Program-made: the position numbers and the translations under genes
Assembly (NCBI RefSeq): GCF_036971445.1
Contig: NC_091482.1
Coordinates: forward strand, 55,986,001 to 56,050,000
DNA length: 64,000 nucleotides
From: Narcine bancroftii
Taxonomy: Eukaryota
Direction of reading: 5' to 3'
In this document: positions 12,180 to 25,124 of the stretch, one piece after another
How positions within the stretch are numbered: position 1 is the first letter of the stretch
Layout: every line of letters starts with the position of its first letter
Notes under the pieces: generated by a model
Seen by the model: only the letters and a program-made list of their open reading frames with translations
Databases searched by the model: none
What the model was told of the DNA's origin: nothing

Positions 12180-12420
12180 AGCATAATGGTCAGCGCAACG
12201 CTGTTACAGTGCCAGTGACCGGGTCTGGGCTTCTAACCCCGCTTTGTCTGTAAGGAATTTGTATGTTCTCCCCATGTCTGCATGGGCTTACCCCAGGTGC
12301 TCTGGCTTCCTTCCACTGTACAAAATGTACAGCGGGGGTGGGGATTGTAGGTCAATTGGGTGTCATTGGGAAGCACGGGCTCATGGGCTGAAAGGGTCTG
12401 TTACCGCGCTGTATGTCTAA
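12180..12420 (+). mobile_element. tRNA-derived V-SINE (HE1-like)
   Basis: Core GAATTTGTATGTTCTCCCCATGTCTGCATGGG...; 3' tail GCTGTATGTCTAAAAA. Confidence 0.8.
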
Positions 12421-15165
12421 AAAGTAGATATATATTTAATTATTTTTAAACATAGTCATTAGGAGAGAAGTGCGGAAGAAACCAACTAAATCTTCACAGG
12501 GAAGGGGGCCCATAAACGTTGAGCCGAGTCCTTGGGGGCCCGTAGCCAAGGTTGAGAATGACTGGTTACATCATCCACCTGTTTACAAATACTGCAGGTC
12601 ATCAGGCAAAATAAAGTATTTGAAACCTGGGACATCAAGGCAGAAAGGTTTGAACTTCAACACAATCGTCGTGAATCTTTAAGGACCATTTTTAATTTAG
12701 TGTTCTTAGTAATATTTTTAGATTTCTTATTTCCTTTATCCAGAATAAGGTGACTGAAATGTTGATGGATGACTAAAATATAATTCAAGCTCTCCCACTC
12801 ATCGCTTTGGGGCTTATATACAAGTCTAGTTCTCAAAGGAGTCCATTTCTGTACATATCGATACAGCCTGGTCACTGTTGTTGAAAATCAAGTGTATGTC
12901 TTGGCAATGAAATTTCCCTGGCAATTTTTCACAGTTATGTGTAACTGTGTTACAGGATGGGACATGACCTAGACATCTCTCTAACCTGAGGGTCAGAGGG
13001 CAGTCAGGCATATCAAACAACTGGGTACATTTTCTCTGCATCCATGACTTCATTTCTCTTCAAAAGCTTAACAGAGAGAACTGCCCAACAGCGGCCCCTG
13101 AAGCACCTGTCTGCTGATCAATACCAAGTCAGAATGCAGAAGCAGCTCCGAGCAAAGCTTCATTCCCAAACACATTCCCTGATGCTCAAACACTTCCCCA
13201 AACTGGAATCAAGGTACGCCAAATATATTTTTAAATGTACGCTTTACTCTTGATAATTGCTTCATGTCTGAACATGAGAATTGTTAAAAAATTAATTAAA
13301 CAGCTAATGCCTATATATGTGGACTCCAAGACTTGTGGTTTTGATCTGCACTGTCTTGACTTGCAACAAAATAAAATTTCAGATACTTTTGCTAGAATTT
13401 ATGGAAAATCATAGGTTTGAAGACAATGTTTATACGTCAATCAGTGTTCAAAATAGCTTCGAATGCATTACTGAATGGCTCAGCAGGGTTACTTAGTTTG
13501 CATCCAATCTATAGATGATAATCAGATAGTGCGGACTAGGAGATGAGTGGGAATGATAGAGGAAGTGGGATGATAGGGGTGGAAAAATGTGGTTTGGTGC
13601 AACCGTCATCACTTCGTTGATATGCATATAACAGTTGCAGTCGAAATGTATACAAATGCATCAAACCAGAATGTAAATTAAGTGTGATTTTGAGACAATG
13701 ACCAACAAACCTAATGAACAGATATAAGGGAGGGAGGGCTCAGACCCACAACCTCGCTAATACATCTTTACCTCTTATGGACACCATGAGGCCAGCTGAA
13801 TTCCTCCAGCAACTCTGATTTTATAATCCAATTGGTTGGATTGACAGTCTCAACATTCCATATTGAAATCTGGGGTATTTTAAGGCAACAAAAGCTCTCA
13901 AAATCTGAATGGACTCTGTGACAGTTAATCCAACCAAGAAAACTGAATAACATTAGTCCATCTGGCCCCTCAAGCCAGCCATTGAATATGATCATAATTG
14001 ATCTATTTTGGTCTCAATTCCATTTCTGTGCCATTTTCTCATAGCTCTCAAAATATTTTTAAAATTGTGGCCCTGGTAGACTTGGTTTCAAGGGAAATTC
14101 ATTTTTGACTGCCTACCTTCAAAACTAATTGATGTACCTACCTCTACTTGTGTCCTCTTATTACGAGCAAAGCTGGTTATAAAAAGTTGTTCACATGCTT
14201 CGTGCACAGTTCTTCAATGGTAATGCAAAATTAGCTGAACACCTTTGTTAAGATTGTGAGACAAATCTTTCAAAAATGAATCTACTCCCATTTTGAATAC
14301 TTCCAATTATCTAGCCGAAAGAGTGCTGGAACACAGTACAGGTTATGTTGTTGGAAGAAGTGAATAGATTTTCCAGTGATTCCTCTCTCTCTCCATCAAG
14401 AGGGGAAAGGGTGCAGCAAACATTATAGGAAATTTATTTCTCTGGCACAACATTAATTCACTTTTGGTTGAGTTATCATAAGTCATAAGTCAGCCATATA
14501 TCTTGGAACCTATTCAGTTTTGCTTGTAATGGAAGAGACAAGTGGGGAGGTACATGAAAAAAAAATGCCCTTGCAAACCAAGTTAATCAAAGTCAGGAAA
14601 CAAATGATCAAATTGCTACCCTTTCTCATTATTAGCCTAGTATGGAATCCGAGTCACCAGTTTTTGTGCATCCAATCTGTGTTTTATCAAATCCAAAGGT
14701 ATGGTCCGATTAGTTGAGGTAATAGAAGTAAGGATGGGGGTGGGATGCAGGAATGCTCTATTAAAAATTGGTATGACTGATTGAAATAAGGAAGAAGCCC
14801 AAAAAAAAACACATTTAAATGGGTGTCTGAACTTCAGTAGTGAGATTTTTTTGGAGCAAATTCAATTCAAAATCAACACGACTCATTCTGAGAAGATGGG
14901 GAAACGTCCATTCCTAGATCTTCCACAGTCCACTTGGTCTCTGCAATGGGTATATTTGTACAGTTTAATCTCCATTAAATTCTTCAGGCTATCAAATTTA
15001 TCATGTTTGGATGGAAGGCCTCCAATAACAACAGCCATGAACTGGACCATGATTTGTAAGAGGGAATTGGGGACCAATAAAAACTGAAACAATTCAATGA
15101 AAATATCATGTTCAGAAGTTTTATTCCAGCTACAATCATTTTTATGAGCAAGAAATACTCCTTAC

Positions 15166-15255
15166 TTCTTGAATTCATGAGGCAAAAGGATCAAACTTAA
15201 ATATATCAAATGTCGCAAATATGATTCATTGCCTGAGCTTTTATAACATGCAATG
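15166..15255 (-). pseudogene. Candidate exon
   Basis: ttttatttaag|...AAGAA|gtaagg; 90 nt; open phase 2/2 (IACYKSSGNESYLRHLIYLSLILLPHEFK). An 82-nt intron then leads to an acceptor tgtttcag at 15084 that continues NFYWSPIPSYK. Confidence 0.4.
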
Positions 15256-16901
15256 CTTAAATAAAATAGTTTCTCCAACAAAACAATTGAGGATGTAAAA
15301 GTATATGTACCAGTATACCATATCAGAAATCTGTCAAATTCACTAGTTTTCAACTGGATAGGTATACTTTATAAATCAGATCCATCCTTTATTTGTCATC
15401 CATTTGCTGTGTCAATAGCGCACTCTGCTGTACAGTGCTATTGCAGAGTAAAGCGAAATGGATTCAACTGTATGTAGTCTTTAACTGTTAAACTTTATTG
15501 ACCTTAAACAGAATGCAAAGACTGCTGATAGATGCTTGCAAGAGATGGAAAGGACCATCTTAGCCTGCAATAATAGTTTTAGTCTTTCTGACTAATTATT
15601 CAAACCAATTCCATATGGCAGAATCCAGACACTTGCATCTCTTTCAAAATGACAACTGAATAGCAAGCACTGAATTGAATTGAAAAGACTAAGTCAATTG
15701 TATTTTTCCAGACAGTAACAGAATCTTTAGTCAGACAAAAAAAACTTTGATATTGTTTCTCATTTTCAATACTTTAGTGTGAAGAAAAGACTTCATTTTA
15801 GCAAAGATGCAATGTGATGCAAGCAGATTTTCTGTATCAATGGAATGTCTAATCCATGTTACAGATATGTCTTTTCTTCCTTCTGTTAATTCTTCTGTGA
15901 TTTTATTCACATCCAGGAAATAACAAGAGTTCATTTATAGAATGCTAGAGATCTCCATGGTTACAGTTCATAGATGTGGTAAAAAGCAATTAAGTTCAAA
16001 CAGCCAGGAAAATATGTCTCTTCATCAGTATTCCATAACAGCTGTAACTACACTAGAGCACCATAACAAATGAAAAATTACTGAAAATCATTGAAAATGA
16101 AACACCAGAACAGTGCGCCATAATACTTCATTAAATAATAATTATTTCACATTTATAATTAAATTTTGCTTTTGAGGATGTTCCAAAAGATTTTGATTTT
16201 ATTTAATAGATCAAAATGAACTGATAGAATAACAACAAGATTAATGTGAATGATGTCATTAATGCATAAATCATTCAGCAATTTATGAAAAGAGAAAAGT
16301 TCGGGGTTGCCACAAATTGCTGAACAATTTGGATCACACCACCATTAAACTTGTGAAGGCAAGATCTCATTTCCCAGCTCTGTGGGAGCTTCATTTGCAG
16401 TTACGCCCACCACAGAGAGGTAGGGCAGCCATTCACAGGTCAAGGACAGTTTTGAAGAGGTTTTTCATCAACATCTTTAGCAAAGGAAAGGAACAGTCAA
16501 AATTGTAGAATCTCATTTAGGTTAGTTTATTTTTTTTAAGATCCAACTTGTTACATCCATCTTCCTTTTCTAATCTGCTCTCTCTTTCACTCTCTTAATC
16601 CAAACTTTCTTTAAAAAATCTTTTTACTTATTTCTCTTTCTGTCCCCACTGTCCTCCTATTTCATTTCTGTCATTCTTTTTTTCCATTTTCAACTTAGAA
16701 GAGCACGCAAAATCATTATTAGCTCACATTTACAGCTCACATTTTAGATTTTATTACACTTTTCATTGGTTGTTTTTTTTGTGAAAACAACATGGAAATC
16801 TAATGTCAACATATTTATTATCTCAAACATTCAACAAGTAGAGGTGAGAAAACCTATTTTCAGAGAAAAATTTCGGTCAGAGAATAAATGTTATAAATTT
16901 A

Positions 16902-17133
16902 CATTTAGACATTCAGCATGGTAGCAGGCCCTTCCAACCCATGCTGCCCAATTACACCCAATTGACCTATAACCCCTGTAGATTTTGAAGGGTGGGAGGA
17001 AACAAGCATCCAAAAGAAACCCACGTCGACACAGGGAGAAGGTGCAAGCGCCTTACAGACAGCGCCGGATTCAAACCCAGGTCGCTGGAGCTGTGATGGC
17101 GTTGCACTAACCGCTACGCCATCCACGTTGCCC
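16902..17133 (-). mobile_element. Full-length V-SINE (HE1-like)
   Basis: Head with Pol III box A (TGGCGTAGCGGT) and box B (GGTTTGAATCC), then the V-domain and tail. Confidence 0.85.
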
Positions 17134-19468
17134 TAGTCCTCTTTCAATGCCTGCAACTTCTGGACAAAGCCTGGTCCCCTGCATTGATTAATATTATGAT
17201 TGTGAGTGAGATTATGTTAAGATCAATAAGCATTTTCATTTTAATTAAGTGGAACTTGTTAATTTGTGCCCTGATGGAAAAATAACCATTAGAGCTGATT
17301 TTTGTTTGACTTTTTTTAAATTCAGCATATTTTCAAAGAAATTTATCCGAATGAGTACAGTTCCAAAAGCAGGCAAGAAACCTAACACCACCCAGAAAAA
17401 AAACAGCCTGTTGGATGGAGTAACAACTTCCTCCTTATATATTCACACACTCTACCATTAGCACACTTTGGCTGCAGTGAACACCAACTGCAAGGACACA
17501 CACAGAAGTCTTTTCTGGGCCAAACCTCAACCATTGTTTTAATCCCCCCACGCCCCCCCCCCCCCCTCATGATGCTGCTCAACCTGCTAAGTTCTTCCAG
17601 CACCAGCCAATTATTCTTTTAAATATAAACAATAAGTTTTCCTAAGCTAACAATGCTAATATTCCAAAAGTAATAAATTTTTTTCACAAATTTTGCTTCC
17701 TTTCAACTCCCTAGTTTTCTGCAATCTGAGTTGCACTAGGTTATAGCTAAATTTTCTCGTCAGTTTCCCAATAATGAAGATAAAATCAGAGGCTGCAAAA
17801 AATCAGTTTCTAGAAGAGGAGGGGACAGAACATCATCCCTCTGTCCCACCTCTATTTAAGACTAGATATAGGCAGGTTTGGCTCACAACTAGGAAGTTTC
17901 ACCATGTCACCTGTCCAAACTAATCCTCCATTTCATCAGGAAGTAAAATTCTTTCAATGCATTTCCAAGTCTTAATATATATTGTTAGGACTCAAGAGAC
18001 AACTTGATTTTTATATCCTTAACCTTACCTGCTTGGAAAACAATCGATATATGGTTGCTTAAGTTTAGTAATTGTCCATTTATTGGTTTGCTATTAAAAA
18101 AATCTATACAATAAGTTAGAACGCAAGTCATAGTCTTCGAGAGTATTACAGTAATTCTTCCAATTTTATGAGGTCAAGAGAATCAAATGCAAATGTGATA
18201 TATCATGCAAGCTAAAATTCAGTGAGAAACACTTAGATCCACTGGATATACAATGTGCAAATAACAGCATCAGAATGAGTCACTGTCCACAGGTCGGGAA
18301 TACAAGGCTGCCTGCATAATTCTTCCAGTATTTAATATTATTTAGTTCTAAAATGTTTACACTCTTCTTAAATATTTTACTCAATAGATATGTACATACT
18401 TACAAGTGAGCACAGTGAAAATTGTTTGTATTGAATTATATGCAAAGTTCATAGCGCTAGTTTTATGTAAATATCCAATTATTTAATGTTGGATCATGCA
18501 TTTTGCATTACATGCTTTAGCATAGAAATTACTTTTGGCTGTGTCACTTGAATGCTTAACGTGTTGACATGATATTCCTTTCTCTGATGTGTTAGTAAAG
18601 GTGCCAGCCCGTTTATAATAAATAGGTTAATGCATGGGTTTAAGTTACTGGAACAAAAATGGCAAACCAAAGTAATCAAAAGACATTTATTTTATATCAA
18701 CATAGTAACTAACGTGAATTTTGGTAAATTATACCAGGTGTGTCAGACATCGTGTTTGCAAGAAATTTTACCATATTCATTGAAATACAGATCAGGCAAA
18801 GTCCCACAGAACCATCACTGATTCAAGCATTAATCTAATTAAAATGCTCTCACTAGTTTTTTTTTTGTTCAAGTAGTTTTGACGCCCTCTGACCCTACTG
18901 AACATTTAAGGTAGGAATAAAGAAAAAAAAATTCTGTTAAAGTCTAACCCAATAAAATATTGTTAACAGCACCTATAAGAACTTTCACTGTATTTGGCCA
19001 TGGCTGGAATCTTCTGACATTTCAAGGATATTGGGCGCTGGCGATTCCCAGTCCTTCTGAAGAAAAGCTGATGGATCATTCAAATATTTCCCAGGGCAGT
19101 TAAAACTAGGCCTCACAACAATGGTTTTGACATGACGATTAGATGGAGAAAGATTGAAAGTTCTTCTAAGGTCCTTTCAATTTTTAAGGATGGGCATTGT
19201 TGCTTTTCACCTTGCAATGTCCAAAGTATATCCCCTGTCACATGATAAAAGCAGTTACAAGAATAACAGACTACAATGATGAGCTATCAGAACAAAACAT
19301 TGGTAAGAATATGTGAATGTTTTCCAGTGCAGTTAAACAGTTTAAGGCTGAAGTAAAGCTTCAGACAAAGGAAATGCTCCTTCTCAGATGTGAACCAATT
19401 GCATTCAAATATTTGATGAGGAAATGTGTTTTATATTCTTTCCATTGGCAGAGATGTTGTACAATTAC

Positions 19469-19604
19469 ACTTTGCAAAAATGGTGGTGCACAAAGCTCTT
19501 TTAAAATGGGATATTTTCTTGGAAACAGCGCCCTCTTCAAATTGGCAACATTGAGCTCAAATCTCAGAAGTTGCTTTCCACAGATTATAACATTCATTAT
19601 TTAG
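19469..19604 (-). pseudogene. Candidate exon with one in-frame TGA
   Basis: ctaattctttcacag| LNNECYNLWKATSEI*AQCCQFEEGAVSKKISHFKRALCTTIFAK |gtaatt (weak donor); 136 nt. Confidence 0.45.
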
Positions 19605-20516
19605 CTGTGAAAGAATTAGGATTACCAAATATAAGAAGCATCCATCACTCTCTGTATTTATAAAAATGCATCTCGTAGAACCATTTTAGTGTGCAAGAGA
19701 CTTTAAGATAGATGCATGAATATGTAGGAAATAGAGGGATATATATCACATACAAGTTTCATTACAGATTTGACATCATGTTTGGTTTAGACATTGTGGG
19801 CCAAAGAACCTATTTATGTTCTGTATTATTTTGTGTTACATGAAACAGGTACACATTCAAATGATGCACTCCATGCCCTAACACTTCTGCTCAGGCATGT
19901 AACTCATGAGTTATGGTGAATTCATACTTGTGGTAAAGATATGCTGTCTGGCTGCCCCATCACACCCCAATGCCAAGCAAGCACAAAGGAAGTTAGCGCA
20001 CGTGGTGATCAAACTAATGCTGGGGCACAGAACCCAGAGAAGTCAGAAACTGAAGAAAGAGGATAATGCAAGTATTCAATCAGATTATCATCTAGACTTT
20101 GTCCAGTGTAAATGATCCAGGATACATTAGAATTTCTGGGCCATGAGATCTTCATGAGCTCAGTTTTCCCCTTCCATTTCTTCTCCCTACAAAATGAAGT
20201 TGTACGTGGCTAGAGTTGTGCAGGAAGAGTAAAGAGTATATTGCCTCCATCAGGAGTGCATATTGAATGGAAGGTGTGATACAAGGTGAAAGTTTAGGGA
20301 TATTTCATTTCTCAGTTTATGAGCAGGTCATAACCAGAGCAAAATAAAACCCTCTCAACAATGGCCAGTCACATCTTCAAGTTTACACAGGACCTGATCA
20401 AACAATAAATCTATGTTGTGTTGTAATGTAGTAATATGCAAAGGGGAAGGGTCATTCCCTGGGTACAGTGATACAGGACATATGATTTCTGGCCATACGA
20501 GAGCTCAGGTCCTCAC

Positions 20517-20650
20517 ATATTGACCAGGAGGATGATTGGTGACTTTGCTTGTTGTGTCTCAAGTTCATCTGTTCAGTGCTTAACAATTCAAGTCATTTAT
20601 TGTTTACAGATTTTTTCAACATTTGTAAAGGAAAGAATCAACATTCTTCA
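20517..20650 (-). pseudogene. Candidate exon with stops
   Basis: Strong acceptor tgtttttctctttaag and donor |gtgagg; no fully open frame. Confidence 0.3.
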
Positions 20651-21017
20651 CTTAAAGAGAAAAACACAGGCAGGGTTGCTCAGCATTGCAATTATGGCAT
20701 TTCTGTATTTATCATTAAATGGTATTGTCCATTCCTCAATGCCACTTTGCTCTTTCCAGAAGTTTCAACTAAGAAAAACTCTCTTCTCTATTTTTTAAAC
20801 CTCTGAAAAACTTACCTTTTATACTTCACTGATCAAATCCTCCTTTAAACAATCATTGTATTGGTACCCAAGTCAATCAGTCCCCCCCTGCCTTCCACCT
20901 AGTGCAGAGCATCCCTTTAGTTTTCTCTGCACCTCTATCTTCTTGGCTCAATTCAAAACTTGCTTCATTTGTAACTTCTCAGTTCTGATGAAAGGTCATC
21001 TTTCGCTCTCCACTGAT

Positions 21018-21248
21018 TGTAGAGCGCGTGGAAAGAATCAAAGACTTGCTGACCCAAACCAGGGATTTTATTAACTAGAAGACTGGAGTGTATCACATGT
21101 AGGTCGACCAGTCCAGAATGATCTGGTCTGGCTAGGAGCAACCCTTTAAGACCTGCCAGTAGGCGTGGCTACGCTCTCAGCCAATCACAGTCATCCTACG
21201 CTACAATCTAGACATATACACATTGGTGATAGAATCTGTCCTATCACA
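21018..21248 (-). mobile_element. Solo LTR (231 bp) inserted in a Penelope-like tail
   Basis: TG...CA ends; flanks CTGAT/CTGAG. The minus strand has ATTGG (CCAAT), TTAAAG and AATAAA in U3-R order. Confidence 0.75.
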
Positions 21249-21586
21249 CTGAGAATAGAATGTTTTCTATTTCAAATTCCAACACATGGATCAACGCCAA
21301 AATGGCACCTCTTCAATAGTAAGGACGTCTCTTGACATCCAATTTTGCTTTTGGGTATCAAGAGAACTCTGCTTTTATTTTTAAAAAATGTCACCAGATC
21401 CAAAACATCCACCACCATAACTAAAGCAGACAAGCAGAAGAGTGCAGGTGACTTTGTGACCAGCTTGAAGTACATGCTTGTATGACCACAAATATATGCA
21501 TGGTTTACCAAAGAAACTAGCTTCTTAGCTTCCTGAATCTAGATCAAGACATTCTTCAGTCAACACTTGATATGAAAACAATTCAC

Positions 21587-21642
21587 CTATGGGCATTTTT
21601 CATCTTCAAAATGGACCAGAAGCAAATCATTGTTTTTGAAGG
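21587..21642 (-). pseudogene. Candidate exon
   Basis: Very strong acceptor ttttctttcttctctgcctccatctcag and donor |gtgaat; 56 nt reading FKNNDLLLVHFEDEKCP* (terminal TAG). Confidence 0.45.
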
Positions 21643-22539
21643 CTGAGATGGAGGCAGAGAAGAAAGAAAAGCCAGGGTAAAACTAACAAGATAAATTATG
21701 ACAATGGTCAAACTGAAGTTCTTTCAGTTTAACGTAACAAGCAAAGTATATCCATTCACAATGACTTCTGCCACTCCAGGAGCCTCTCCATCATCAGCCT
21801 GTGATTGGGGAATAAGTTTGAAACAATTCCAAAATCATTGAAGATTATGGACTACAATTATCTGGCCAAATAAATATTCAACATTTGATTTTCCTTATTG
21901 AATCATTGCTTTATCGCCAAGGTTTTATTCAATAGTACAGAGAGGGTGAGCAGATTATATCAAGATTATTTACTGCAAATACTGTCAGAACATTTTTGCT
22001 CCTCTTTTTCATTTTGCTACCTGTTCACAAAAAGGCAAATCAGACAAAATATGGAGTTTGTCTTTTTTAAAATATAATTAAGCATGAGGTTTGGGTATTG
22101 ACAGGGCTTGAGTGCAGCAGAGTTGATGGCTCAGTGAGCAATGAAGTGCCCAGCTGGGTTATCTGAGAAACATTTTCGGTCTCTGTTCCCCTTGACTGTC
22201 TCATTCGTGATTATTGAGCCATCTTACAACTGCTCTCCTATACAAGCGTCAAGTTAGCAGATTGTGAAATCAGCTAATAGAGTGGTGAAATTTGGTGTAG
22301 GTCTTGTCCCTTGAATATAATTCAACAGCCATGTACACGCAAAGCATTAATGATCTTAAGAACAACGAGGATATAATTCCAGCATGATTTACAGTCTCCA
22401 TATCTCAAAAAAGTGGCATCAAATTCTTGGAATGGTTTCCCCAGACATTGCATGTGCTGACAACATGGGGTGCTCATGATCAATTCTGCCTTTGTACTTG
22501 CAGCCAAGTTGTGTTTAATTTTACTTGTCAGACTTCTGC

Positions 22540-23082
22540 ACTGCTCTCTTTTGACGAAGCATGCAATTTCACTGAAATGGAAAGATGTTGCCCTGCCTAC
22601 TCACGATCGGTGGTTGTGTGACATCATGTCTTATTTGAATATGGAAAAATGTTATTCAATTAATAATTCAGATATAAAATTTCAGACGTTATGGGGGGTC
22701 ATTTATGACTCGCTATCTTATTTTAAAATTTTACTCCAATGTAATTAAATTTTCTGATGCATCTTTTCCACGTTCTTTATATTCATTTTTTTAACCATCA
22801 TTTTTCTTTTAATACCAATCGTATACAGCATCTGGCAACACGGTTAGGTAAGAGGGTTAAGTTTTTCTCCTTTCTATTTTCTCCTTTCCTTGAGAATTTT
22901 TTTTTCCTAAAGGAATATAGTATTTAGAATTAAGGATACAATCTACAATTTATGTAAGCTATTGTTAAACGGAATGTCTTATTTAGTTTGTGTACCTGTT
23001 CATGCTATCTTACTGAATTGTACCTGCTTTGTTGGTATAAAAGATTTTTATTAAAATCAATTAAAAAATATTTTAAAAGAAA
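22540..23082 (+). mobile_element. L1 3' end fragment
   Basis: SLLTKHAISLKWKDVALPTHDRWLCDIMSYLNMEK...KFQTLWG resembles the fish L1 ORF2 C-terminus; followed by a T-rich 3'UTR and A-rich tail. Confidence 0.7.
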
Positions 23083-23841
23083 CCTGCTCTACCATGACCA
23101 TTTTCAGAAAGAGCTAATGACTGCTGACCCCCCACTCCCATCACAGGGAAAGTGAACATTGGAAACTGAGGGGGAATTATACAAGTGCAAAAGCTTGTCC
23201 TGAGAAAGGAAAATTTCGCCAAATCTTGAAATTAAAACTGGCTCCTAATATCATGCCTGGTGACTTCCTTGAAGCTGCAGATTCCACCAGATCTTTGCAG
23301 GTTGCTGATAGAGAGTTTATACACCTATCACAGAGATCTCCCTGATTACCAATTAAAGGTTAGAATGAGCGAAATAAATGAACGTCAGTTCATTAATAAG
23401 ATGCATATAGCCCGTACAGAGAAATAGCCAGACATTACACAGCTAGAATTTGTGCTAAGAACAGAGTTGGGTTTCTATAGACATTGGGCTGACAAAATTC
23501 TAAATTTCAAAGGAGACAAAGATTTTATAAGTTTTGATAAGGCCAGGATTGTTACCAACAATTTTAATTCAAAATGGACTCTGTGGTTAGAGCTTTACAT
23601 GTTGAGTTAAACTTTAGGCCTTTTTTATAGTTTAAAAAAAAAAGCGAATGTCCTTAGACTTTACACCGCTTTACTCCGAGGGTGGATTCAGCAGGAGAAC
23701 TCCCATCCAACTAGAGGATCTACTCAGAGGTGGAGCGAGATCACTCCACCTCCTCCATATATGCACTCGGCAGTGAATGTTGGGCAGTTGATCTGCCTGA
23801 GTCCTAAGACTCCTTGAACCAATCTCCACCAGCACTCTTAC

Positions 23842-24064
23842 CTGTTCTTCAGTCGCCATTTCTGGTATAGGTTGGTTTCTCTTCTTTCTCAGCTCTGGAA
23901 GATGGCTCCTGACACAACTCAGTATGAAGGAAATGCTGGATTAGCCTTATAGGCCTTCTCCATAAATTCACTTTTTTTTTGTTGAGCTGGCTTGCAGGAT
24001 TTTTCTGGTGAACTGCTCCATGAGCCCAGGATACCAGCCTAACCGCATTTTCGAACATTTCCTA
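23842..24064 (-). pseudogene. Candidate exon with three stops in one frame
   Basis: ttttattgcagtag (NAGNAG) acceptor and consensus donor CAG|gtaaga. Phase 2 to 0: KCSKMRLGWYPGLMEQFTRKILQASSTKKK*IYGEGL*G*SSISFILSCVRSHLPELRKKRNQPIPEMATEEQ. Confidence 0.5.
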
Positions 24065-24458
24065 CTGCAATAAAACTCTAATAATTAGGCATCTGATTGC
24101 TCAGAAATCCCAATGGGTCGCTCATTAACCCAAAACACGAGGTGCGGACCATAGAGGGCAACCTGCATGTGCAGAATACTCGAACTGTGAAACCCAGGTA
24201 ATACCTTGGGCAGAATCCAGATCTGGATCAAGAACACCAAGAATCAAGAAAATGATGGATTTGGACCCTGAGCATGTTTAACATGCAAAACAAAATGAAA
24301 TTAATGCATGTTTGAGTATTATTAGGATAATATCCAATAGCGAGGAAAATCTGCTAATCCGGTGCTACCAAGAGCATAAGATTATGGGAGTTTTATTGTA
24401 TTATCTCACACACTTCCCATCATCAATGTTTCTTCGACACCAGTCTCACCTGCTTCAC

Positions 24459-24807
24459 ATTTCAGATTTACATGCATGACATCACATACAACCCTGGTGT
24501 TCCTTTACTGCAGGGAAGGCAGAATTATCACTTATTGGTCATGCAAAAAAAAACTGTACACCATGTACACATGTAAACAAATGTAAAAATGTAATACAGA
24601 GAAAAATAATCAATAAAATGCATAAGTAAGGCTCCTTAAATTGAGTTTATTGTTGAGGAGTCTGATAGTGGAGGGGGTAGCAGCTGATCCTGAACCTGGT
24701 GGTGCGAGTCTTGTGGCACCTCAACCGCTCTCCTGATGATAGCGGCGAGAACAGAGCATGTGCTGGGTGGTGTGGATCCTCGATGTTTGCTGCTGCTCTC
24801 TGACGGC
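24459..24807 (-). mobile_element. Rex1/Babar LINE 3' end
   Basis: Homologous (reverse complement) to 6600-6980: CAGCAAACATC..GGATCCACACCACCCAGCACATGCTCTGTTCTCGC...ACCAGGTTCAGG. Confidence 0.75.
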
Positions 24808-24901
24808 CCGCCCCCAAAAAATTCCCCTTAGATGAAGCACAGAGTGCGAGGTGAGATGGAGACCAATCAAGATAATAGCTAGCAAAATGATGCCGATTTA
24901 T

Positions 24902-25124
24902 CTATTCTTCCTTCCTTTCTTGTTCAGCGATCAAAGAAATCCAGGAGGTATTGTTCTGTGCAGCAGCTGAGGAGAAGATTGTCACATATGCAATCTAGCT
25001 GTCAGATCTGCCACATTTTGGGAGATTCACAGTGATGTTGGAACCACGAGCTGTCCGCTGCTTAAGCTGTTTTTCTCCTTGGAGTTGTTGGGGTTCATTT
25101 GCAGCTTAAATCTAAATGCATTTT
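24902..25124 (-). pseudogene. Candidate exon with three TGA stops and a mutated donor
   Basis: tttttatattctag| NAFRFKLQMNPNNSKEKNSLSSGQLVVPTSL*ISQNVADLTARLHM*QSSPQLLHRTIPPGFL*SLNKKGRKN, ending AG|ataaat (possible gt>at). Its phase-2 end fits the next candidate exon. Confidence 0.45.

Noticed and set aside
12579-16474. Further protein-like minus-strand stretches (12579-12772, 15790-15912, 16340-16474; similar ones at 28780-28900, 49692-49762, 58250-58450)
   Set aside because: Each lacks a convincing acceptor, donor or consistent frame. They may belong to the decayed gene but cannot be supported without homology searches.
16902-17133. tRNA gene
   Set aside because: Box A/B belong to a V-SINE head; no cloverleaf is evident.
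21395-21532. Exon candidate EAKKLVSLVNHAYICGH... following the 21587-21642 exon
   Set aside because: It implies a 54-nt intron with a weak acceptor; a stronger acceptor lies at 21421, so the boundaries cannot be fixed.
22380-22571. Minus-strand exon candidate (EIACFVKREQCRS...)
   Set aside because: Its acceptor lies inside an L1 ORF2 3' remnant on the plus strand, so it is probably fortuitous.
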